Positions 10,395-17,970 of a stretch of DNA of 64,000 nt are shown piece by piece. The position numbers and the translations under genes are program-made. Under the pieces are notes generated by a model. It was not told where the DNA came from, made no database searches, and saw only the letters and a program-made list of their open reading frames with translations. Source of the stretch: Promethearchaeota archaeon (lineage in GTDB: Archaea; Asgardarchaeota; Lokiarchaeia; Sigyniarchaeales; SOKP01); contig JBHLON010000001.1 of the NCBI GenBank assembly GCA_048940445.1, positions 1-64,000 of the forward strand. The letters run 5' to 3'. Positions within the stretch are counted from its first letter, which is position 1; every line of letters starts with the position of its first letter.

Positions 10395-11765
10395 TCAAAT
10401 TTTCCTCATTTTCATTACTGTTCTTTTTTTAAATGCAGAATTCAGTAGATTTTTTTCATTATCAGCCAATAACAATGGATTCATTTCAGAGACAATTTCT
10501 TTCTTTAGGATATGAAAGGTTTTATCCTCTGTATTTGAGATAATTTTATGAATTGTAATAATGGGAATAGTTGGAGTAATTAAACAGTAATAACAAAAAC
10601 ATCTCTTTTTAGTAATTTCTAAGATTTCTAATAATTTTTCCACACTAGCATCGCTATCAACTGTCAGTTCGATTTGATAATTATCAATCATCGGAATGTC
10701 ATCTTCGATTCCAAAACCAGTTGTTAAATCAATATATTGTTTCACTTTAATTTTCATACTTCTTAACTCGATTCCTTCGAGCGCTGCCCATTTCGCATAT
10801 CCTGCACAAAAATTTCCAGCTAATCCAGCCATACAGAGATGAACTGGATGAAACGAGGTTCCTCCACCCCCCAAAATTATGGTTTCATCAGTTTGAATAA
10901 GGATGTCTCCTGCCCGCTCAGTTGACAATGTTGTATGATATTGAGGACCATATTCTACATCTAATCTCCATGTACCTTCAACCCCTAAAACCTTTTTACA
11001 TAAAGAGCGATTTTTCGAATACTCTTTTTGCATATCCCTAAATCCCTTTAAATTTGTTCTGTTTAATCTTTGACTTTTGGCATCAGACTTGCTACCCTCT
11101 AATTTCATACTCTGTTTTTCATCAATAGAGTATTCTTTTTTTAAGATTACATTTGGAAATATTGGAGTTGTCGCGCAATAATAACAAAAACATCTTTTTT
11201 TCGTAAGTTCTACAATTTCGAGCAGTTTTTCCATATTAGCATCGCTTTCAATAAAAAAATCTAGATGATAGTTGTCAATCATGGGAACCCCATCTTCAAT
11301 TCCAAAACTTCTTGTTAAATCAATATCAGCTTTGGCTCTAATTTTTAAGGTTTTCAATTCTATATCTTGCATAGCTGCCCATTTAGCGAAAGCTGCAGTA
11401 ATACAACCCCCAAATCCCGCCATACATAAAGATATCGGATGTACAGCAGTCCCACCTCCTCCTAGCATTATAATTTCATCGGTTTGAACTAGAATTTCAC
11501 CAGCTCTCTCAGTTCTTAATGGTGTTTCAAATTGTGGTCCGTATTGAACATCTAATTTCCACTTTCCTTCAACCTCTAAATACTTTTTGCATAAGGAACG
11601 ATCCAGATCGTATTTTCTTTGAATTTCCTTAAAACCTTCTAAATTAATCCTATTAAGAAATTTCTTTTTCTTTGTCTCAGAGGCTTTACTTTCATAGTAA
11701 AGCATTTTTTCTTCAAGTTTCTTTAAAATCTCACTAAAACCTTTTTTACCGGTCCGATTTTCCAT
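10395..11765 (-). CDS. Tandem-duplicated OsmC/Ohr-family protein
   Basis: Two repeats of TDE...LGGGGT..HP..LCMAG...AKWAA...IEL...DL..FGIED...IDNY...SDA..EKLLEI.E.TKKRCFCYYC. Confidence 0.82.
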   Translation of the reverse strand: MENRTGKKGFSEILKKLEEKMLYYESKASETKKKKFLNRINLEGFKEIQRKYDLDRSLCKKYLEVEGKWKLDVQYGPQFETPLRTERAGEILVQTDEIIMLGGGGTAVHPISLCMAGFGGCITAAFAKWAAMQDIELKTLKIRAKADIDLTRSFGIEDGVPMIDNYHLDFFIESDANMEKLLEIVELTKKRCFCYYCATTPIFPNVILKKEYSIDEKQSMKLEGSKSDAKSQRLNRTNLKGFRDMQKEYSKNRSLCKKVLGVEGTWRLDVEYGPQYHTTLSTERAGDILIQTDETIILGGGGTSFHPVHLCMAGLAGNFCAGYAKWAALEGIELRSMKIKVKQYIDLTTGFGIEDDIPMIDNYQIELTVDSDASVEKLLEILEITKKRCFCYYCLITPTIPIITIHKIISNTEDKTFHILKKEIVSEMNPLLLADNEKNLLNSAFKKRTVMKMRKI

Positions 11766-11969
11766 ACCGTATCCTTCCTAATCTCCCTAATCAGGCTCTA
11801 AGAATTTTCTTAGATAAATAATTCAATTTCTTTTTTTTTCTAATTATTGATAAAAGTACGATTTTTTATAGTTAATGAGTTTATTATTTTTATTATGAAA
11901 TAACCTAAAAATTTAAAAATTAGATAATTTTCATCAGGAAATAAAGTGTATAAATTAGATTAATACATC

Positions 11970-12452
11970 TTATATTTCCTCTCCTTTTTCTAACTTTTCA
12001 TACTCTTTATCAGAAAGAAAGCCTTTTTGATTCAATATTTCCTTTACTTTTTTTACAATTTCATTAGATTCAGAGCCATTCAATTCTTGAATCTGTTTTT
12101 TCTTTTTGGAGATTAACTCTTTTAATTCTTTACTTTCGAGAAGTAATTTAGACATATTTTCTTCTTTTTGTTTTAATTTACCTAATAATGTTTCCTTTTC
12201 TGAAATTAAGGCAGATAATTTTGCGTTTGATGAAATTAATTTTTCTTCCATTTCTGAGATTTTTTGTGTAGCAAATTCTAATTTAGCTTCGACTTCATTA
12301 ATTTTATTTTTTGATAATTCTAAATTTTTATTTAGATTATCTATTTTTTCACTTTTTTGTTTTAATTCTATCTCTTTTTGAGATATTAATTTCTCAAAAT
12401 CCTCGATTATTTGTTCAGGATCACGTGGAGTATAGGGCCAATCGTTAGACAT
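11970..12452 (-). CDS. Coiled-coil protein, N-terminal DWPY motif, C-terminal KGFLSDKEY
   Basis: Paralog of 9811..10296. Confidence 0.75.
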   Translation of the reverse strand: MSNDWPYTPRDPEQIIEDFEKLISQKEIELKQKSEKIDNLNKNLELSKNKINEVEAKLEFATQKISEMEEKLISSNAKLSALISEKETLLGKLKQKEENMSKLLLESKELKELISKKKKQIQELNGSESNEIVKKVKEILNQKGFLSDKEYEKLEKGEEI

Positions 12453-12601
12453 TTTTTCATCATTAAATTATTTAATTTCGTTTATTTTAGCTATAAAAAA
12501 ATTAAATTAGTTTAGAGTATATAGTTATTTCAATAAGGTTATTATAAATTCTTCTTTTAAATATTTCTACCACAATACACCAACTTAATTCCTAGTTAAC
12601 T

Positions 12602-12994
12602 TTATTCATATTCTTTCAACGAATCAAGGATTTTTTCTTCAAATCCTAGAAATGGTTTTATATCACAATCCCAATCATCAAAGATATCTGGAGCGTAAGT
12701 ATTAAAGAATTTATCAATAATTTTATCTAATTCTTTAATGATTTGCTTTTCTTTTTTCTTCTTTGAACTATCAGTAACAAATAAAAGATTATTCTTTTTT
12801 TTTATATAAATGGTCTTATCGCTGATTACAAAATTAGAAATAATATCCTCAAATAATCCTATTTCAGCAAAAGTATTAAGGGAAGAAAGAATTGCTCCAA
12901 AAAGTTGTTCATCAATAATAGGATCATATTTTCGATGAAAGATAACTGATCCAGTGTTAGTCAAAATCCAGAGATTCTGTAATATTTTTCCCAT
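12602..12994 (-). CDS. Stand-alone longin/roadblock-like protein (eukaryotic-signature-like)
   Basis: NLWILTNTGSVIFHR...DEQLFGAILSSLNTF...LLFV...C-terminal helix and WDCD; longin-like beta-beta-alpha-beta-beta-beta-alpha pattern. Confidence 0.65.
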   Translation of the reverse strand: MGKILQNLWILTNTGSVIFHRKYDPIIDEQLFGAILSSLNTFAEIGLFEDIISNFVISDKTIYIKKKNNLLFVTDSSKKKKEKQIIKELDKIIDKFFNTYAPDIFDDWDCDIKPFLGFEEKILDSLKEYE

Positions 12995-13066
12995 AATTAC
13001 TTTAATTTCTCAACTTTTTTAAAAATAAATCCTTCCTTTATAATAAATTGGAAATATTTCACATTT

Positions 13067-13936
13067 TTAAATTTGTTTCAACGATCCAGACAGAGTAACA
13101 GTATTATATTCTTCATCTATTTTTAAAAGATCTTTTACCTGCATTTGTTTAATTGTTCTTAAAGCTAAAATTGGAGGCAATTCAAGTTGACTTTTTAAAT
13201 CATCTAAGTTATAAAATTCGCTTTCAATAAGTTTCAAGATAATCTCAAATTCAGGAATTTTTTTATCTAAATTCTCAATTAAGAATATCGTAAAAAAATT
13301 ATTCTTCTTAAATTCGGCAAATTCACTCTCCATTTCAAGAACTTTGTTCGACCATCCGTTTTTCAAATCTTCCATTTTTTTTAAACTCATTGACTCCAAT
13401 TCTTTTATTTTTTTTTCATTTTCAATTTTGAAATCCTCAAAATTTTTAGAATGATTCATTAATGCCTCTTTGTATTTATCTTCATTACTTTTCTTCTTTT
13501 GCTCTAAAACTTCCTTCTCAGATTTCTTAGCAGAAATATTTGATACTACTTTCATTAGTTCTGTTTTATACTCCTGCAGCTCCTTATTACTTTTAACTAA
13601 TTCATTATCAAGTTTGTGTTCAATCTTTTCTAAGTTCTCAATTTCCAAGACTACTTCTCTCGTTTTTCTCTTTAAATTTTGGATATTTTTATTTAGTTCT
13701 TCAAATTGAATCTGTAATTTAAATAAATTAGAATCTAAATCACGGAGTTCATCTTCTAACTTTATGTTTTCACGCTTTACTTCATTCAAGTTATTTAAAA
13801 CTCCTTTTAGATTCTCAATTAACTTTTCACTATTATTTTGAAAAGATTGATCTCCATTTCCCCTACTTGAAATTAGAAATAATTGCTGTATAATTTTCTC
13901 TGAAAACTTCTCAATTAAATCAAGATACATACTCAT
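13067..13936 (-). CDS. Long coiled-coil protein with C-terminal winged helix
   Basis: About 180 aa of heptads, then EFEIILKLIE..NLDDLKSQLELPPILALRTIKQMQVKDLLKIDEEYNTVTL. Confidence 0.75.
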   Translation of the reverse strand: MSMYLDLIEKFSEKIIQQLFLISSRGNGDQSFQNNSEKLIENLKGVLNNLNEVKRENIKLEDELRDLDSNLFKLQIQFEELNKNIQNLKRKTREVVLEIENLEKIEHKLDNELVKSNKELQEYKTELMKVVSNISAKKSEKEVLEQKKKSNEDKYKEALMNHSKNFEDFKIENEKKIKELESMSLKKMEDLKNGWSNKVLEMESEFAEFKKNNFFTIFLIENLDKKIPEFEIILKLIESEFYNLDDLKSQLELPPILALRTIKQMQVKDLLKIDEEYNTVTLSGSLKQI

Positions 13937-14787
13937 TTATTAAATTCAACCTCCTTCTGTAAAGTTAAGACACCATTCTTTGGATCGAAATTAACTGGTC
14001 CTCCTTTTTCGATCATATTTTTTACTATAGACTCTGCTTTTTTTACATCAAAATTCAATGTTTGGCATAGAAATTTTAAGTCTAAAGGTTGATTTTTCTC
14101 TAAAGATTTAATAAAATTATAAAGGTCAGTGTGGATTAGTCTATTTTTAATCAATAAATACATAGCTTTAATTTTTTGTTTTTCAGCATTTATTTTATAT
14201 AAATGATCATTGTATCTTTGTTGTTCGATAGTGTCTAATTCTTTTAATTTTTGTCTAATATCTTCCTCTTTTTTAGTAATTATTTGGTTATATTCTGATT
14301 TTAAAGCATTTATATCATGATTGAACTTTTCTTCTAATTTCGATATTTCTTGGATTTTTTCTTCGACAAGATTCCAAGATTCACTAAGTTCTAAATCTAT
14401 GTCTTTAAAAATTTGTTTTTTCTTATTAAATTCTGATATGGTGTTTTCTATATCAAGTCGAATCTCATTTAATTCTTTCTCTTTCGGTTCTAATCTAACT
14501 TTAACTTCCATATGTTTCTTAGAGTAATCCTTTAATTCTAACTCATTTTTTGGAATTTCTTGATTAAGCTGAAATATTTTAGCTTTTAAATTCTCAATAG
14601 CATCTTTATTTGATTTTATCTTTTGAAGATTACTATTTTTCTCTTTATTAAAGCCTTCAATTGCATTAAAAATTTCATTTGCTTCTGCTTCTAATTTAAG
14701 CTTGTCATCTTTAATTGATTCGTTTATATTGTTTATAAAAGTAAAGATTTCTTTTAAATTTGGAATTAGGTCAATTAATTGAGACAT
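13933..14787 (-). CDS. Long coiled-coil protein with C-terminal winged helix
   Basis: About 200 aa of heptads, then LDLKFLCQTLNFDVKKAESIVKNMIEKGGPVNFDPKNGVLTL; ATGA overlap with the downstream gene. Confidence 0.75.
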   Translation of the reverse strand: MSQLIDLIPNLKEIFTFINNINESIKDDKLKLEAEANEIFNAIEGFNKEKNSNLQKIKSNKDAIENLKAKIFQLNQEIPKNELELKDYSKKHMEVKVRLEPKEKELNEIRLDIENTISEFNKKKQIFKDIDLELSESWNLVEEKIQEISKLEEKFNHDINALKSEYNQIITKKEEDIRQKLKELDTIEQQRYNDHLYKINAEKQKIKAMYLLIKNRLIHTDLYNFIKSLEKNQPLDLKFLCQTLNFDVKKAESIVKNMIEKGGPVNFDPKNGVLTLQKEVEFNK

Positions 14788-14928
14788 TTTTATTCATATT
14801 ATAAATTTTAAATAGACTTTCTAATAATATAGAAAAGTGCCATTATTAAAATCTTCTTATTTAGAAAGAATTTTACTCAGTTGCATGATAATTCGAAATT
14901 AAAAAATTTTTTTAACCCAAGAAATAAA

Positions 14929-16941
14929 TTAAAGATTTAATTTCCAAGCACAATATTCTTCGAAGAGGATACCCATATTGCTAATGCGATATAACTTTTT
15001 CCCCTTTTCTGTTTCATCTATCAAGAATCTGGCTTTATTTTGATCTTTAATACTTCTTATCGTCCTTATTATTCTTATGTGGGGTATAAAAAAAGGAAAA
15101 ATCCTCTTTTTCATTCCTATCTCATCAGGCGCCATCCATCCTTTATCTTTTTCCATATAAAAATAGAGAGTATGTATTATTTTAAGTTGTTCTTCATTTA
15201 ACTGAAAAAGGATTGATTCGAAATCTGCTTTTTCTTTCAAAAATCTTGGGGGTAATTCATTCTGATTGAATAAGCGTTTTTCATCTAGAAGTTTATTATT
15301 ATAGACATTAAAAATTAGATTAGTAACTTCATATTCTTCTAAATTTTCTTTCCAATAATTAATATCTTCATTTAAACTAAATTTTATATTATTTTGAATA
15401 CAAGCACCATAATATAAACAATACAATACGCTATTTTCTGTTAATTTTTCTAATCTATAGACAAAACCCATCAATTCTAAACGAGACAAACTTAAAGTTC
15501 CTTCTTGAAGTTTTTTTTCATTAACAATGAAAAAACCATTTGGTTTATCATTAGTTTTTTTTTCCATGACCTGAATTAAAGTATCAAATACAATTTTGTC
15601 AATTTTTAGATCAAGTTCAGAAAAATAGTAATTTGATTTATCCCGTTTTAATAAAGATTTAAAATAGTCCTTATAAAAAAAATCTTTGAAGATTAAACTT
15701 GAAACCTTCTGAATTCGATCGACAGAGAGTTTCATCTTCATTTGTAAAGTCATTATAATTTTTGGATGGGTAAGAATTAATCCTAGTAATATTGGAGTAC
15801 CCATTGTCAGAAAAAATAGTTCCTTTAGGAAAATATTAAAATCATCAAAAATAATCGCTAAATTTTTTACTTCTCTAAATATTTCAGGTGCAACTGCATT
15901 GAGTTTCTTAAATATTATTTGAGTAGTAAGTTCAATTCCTTTTATTACTCTTTCTTTGTAATTATGCTTTAAATTTAAGTTATACCAATCTAAATAAATG
16001 AGTTGATAATCTTGAATTGGTTTCAATGAACTTGTATAGTATAAATCAGGATAACTAGCAACACAAAAACATAAATCTTCAATATTTCTAAATAGAGGTT
16101 CAATAAAGCCATCAATGAGAACTTTTTGATTTATAATAGAAATTTCTGAAAAGTCATCTATTAAGAAATGTATATAATTTAATGGCATCTCCTTAACTAA
16201 CTTCAAATCATTCAAAAGCTTTTTGTATACGCTTAGATTCACTAAATTCTTGAATTCTTTCTCGTTTTCTAGATCTGATATAAGTATCTCATTTTGATCA
16301 GAAAAAGAGACTTTTTGAATGCTATTTTTTAACGATGCATAAAAATCTTGCATATTATCATTTTCTTCAGAGAATTGAGGCTTTAATTTTTCTAACTTTT
16401 CTATCTGGTTCTTAAATATATTTTCGATTTTTAACAAAATAGAATTATCAATAACGCCCAACTCCCATAACTCATGGTAAGTATTCTCAATTTGCCTAAG
16501 GAATTCTATATTCAAATTCTTAACCAATTTATTTAAATCTTTAACCTCACTTCCGGTTAATAATGCTTTCTCAATTACATTAAAGAATAGAGTTCGTATA
16601 TCAATATATACAGGCAATACCATTTTCTCGTCTTTTAGATATTCTAAATCTTTTCTAATAAAAAAGGATTCAAGACATTCTATTTTAGCTCTCTTTAGTG
16701 TAGTAGTTTTTCCAGATCCTCGCCTTCCAATCAAAAAATTAATTTTTCTCTCTATTTTTGGGTGAAAAAGTGTTTTAATACATATATCATCTGGAATGAT
16801 TGGTACATAAGTTCTTTTTTTCTTTACTAGCTCATCATAGGATTCTCGTTCTACATTATTGTAACCTGCTAACTCCTCGAAACTTTTTATTACTTTTTCA
16901 ATTTGCTCTTCATTTAGATTAGACAAGGACATTTGTTTCAC
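14929..16941 (-). CDS. P-loop NTPase (STAND/ORC-Cdc6-like) with C-terminal winged-helix segments
   Basis: GTG start; Walker A GRRGSGKT, Walker B IHFLIDD, MGTP helical motif, LSRLELMGFVYRL and LYRISNMG wing motifs. Confidence 0.75.
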   Translation of the reverse strand: MKQMSLSNLNEEQIEKVIKSFEELAGYNNVERESYDELVKKKRTYVPIIPDDICIKTLFHPKIERKINFLIGRRGSGKTTTLKRAKIECLESFFIRKDLEYLKDEKMVLPVYIDIRTLFFNVIEKALLTGSEVKDLNKLVKNLNIEFLRQIENTYHELWELGVIDNSILLKIENIFKNQIEKLEKLKPQFSEENDNMQDFYASLKNSIQKVSFSDQNEILISDLENEKEFKNLVNLSVYKKLLNDLKLVKEMPLNYIHFLIDDFSEISIINQKVLIDGFIEPLFRNIEDLCFCVASYPDLYYTSSLKPIQDYQLIYLDWYNLNLKHNYKERVIKGIELTTQIIFKKLNAVAPEIFREVKNLAIIFDDFNIFLKELFFLTMGTPILLGLILTHPKIIMTLQMKMKLSVDRIQKVSSLIFKDFFYKDYFKSLLKRDKSNYYFSELDLKIDKIVFDTLIQVMEKKTNDKPNGFFIVNEKKLQEGTLSLSRLELMGFVYRLEKLTENSVLYCLYYGACIQNNIKFSLNEDINYWKENLEEYEVTNLIFNVYNNKLLDEKRLFNQNELPPRFLKEKADFESILFQLNEEQLKIIHTLYFYMEKDKGWMAPDEIGMKKRIFPFFIPHIRIIRTIRSIKDQNKARFLIDETEKGKKLYRISNMGILFEEYCAWKLNL

Positions 16942-17069
16942 TTATTGTTTCTCATTGAATTTTAATTTTGATAAGTCTAAAAGATTTATTAATTAATATT
17001 ATTTATAATTAGACTAATATTTCTAATAAGAAAAATTTTAATTATCTAAAATAGTTAAAACTTAAAACA

Positions 17070-17468
17070 CTATAAGTCTGCCATTTTGAAATAAAGATCT
17101 ATTTTATCTTTAAATTTATCAAAAAAAGAAACGTCACCATCCCAATTATTTATATCTTCAAAACTAAACATATCATCGAAAATATCTGCAATAATTCTAC
17201 AAATTTTTTGAATTTTCTTATCCTTTACTTCTATTGGTGATTTGCAAACGAGGATTGTACTATCTTGGACACATGTAGTAAAGGTATATTTATCATTTCC
17301 CACATTTAATGATTTAAGTTGTCCTTTAGATACCTCATTTACAAAACTTTTTATAGCAGATATAAAGCTACCTAACAGAGACTTATCTACGCCTCCAATT
17401 CTTGCAAAATCGATTATAGGTATTCCGTCTTTAGAAAAAATCCAAATTTCATCAAGTAGGGATGGCAT
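17070..17468 (-). CDS. Stand-alone longin/roadblock-like protein
   Basis: EIWIFSKDGIPII...DKSLLGSFISAIKSF...LKSLNVG...ILVCKS...WDGD; paralog of 12602..12994. Confidence 0.68.
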   Translation of the reverse strand: MPSLLDEIWIFSKDGIPIIDFARIGGVDKSLLGSFISAIKSFVNEVSKGQLKSLNVGNDKYTFTTCVQDSTILVCKSPIEVKDKKIQKICRIIADIFDDMFSFEDINNWDGDVSFFDKFKDKIDLYFKMADL

Positions 17469-17484
17469 ATTATTATTTTATTTT

Positions 17485-17826
17485 TTATTTTTCCTTTTTT
17501 GAAACAGGTTCCATTAAAATTGTTTTATAAGTTTTGAAACTAAGGTTAATAACAATTAGTACAAATAAAGCTCCAAAAATATATACAATGGCAGTCATAA
17601 TAGAGATAACTTCACTATATCCTTCTCCTAAGAATAAAAATACAATATTAAATACATACCCAAATAAAAATAATATAATTAATAACTGTATTATTATCCA
17701 TTTCTTGTTAATCTTAGAACCAGGAAATAACCCTTTTATTTTAGTAATAATGTATAAACTAATTAAAAAAAAGGCTGCTCCAGCAATTGAACATATAAAA
17801 CTAAAAATATAAATTATTGGATCCAT
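17485..17826 (-). CDS. Small 3-TM membrane protein
   Basis: Three hydrophobic helices with KKW..Q.LI..F..GY and VY.FGA.FV motifs; 16 bp from the longin gene. Confidence 0.75.
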   Translation of the reverse strand: MDPIIYIFSFICSIAGAAFFLISLYIITKIKGLFPGSKINKKWIIIQLLIILFLFGYVFNIVFLFLGEGYSEVISIMTAIVYIFGALFVLIVINLSFKTYKTILMEPVSKKEK

Positions 17827-17970
17827 TAAAATTCTACTCTTATTTTAAGATTTTTATTGATTATTTAATTAATCTTTTTTAAAAATTTTAAATTTTTTTA
17901 TCTTTAATTTCTAGGTAAGCCTAGAATATTATAGAATGTAATATTGAGTTAATATATTAACTTAAAATTG

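Noticed and set aside
13067-16941. SMC/Wadjet or ESCRT-III/CdvB assignment
   Set aside because: No ABC signature or hinge, no recognisable Snf7 core or Vps4, and the NTPase is not SMC-type.
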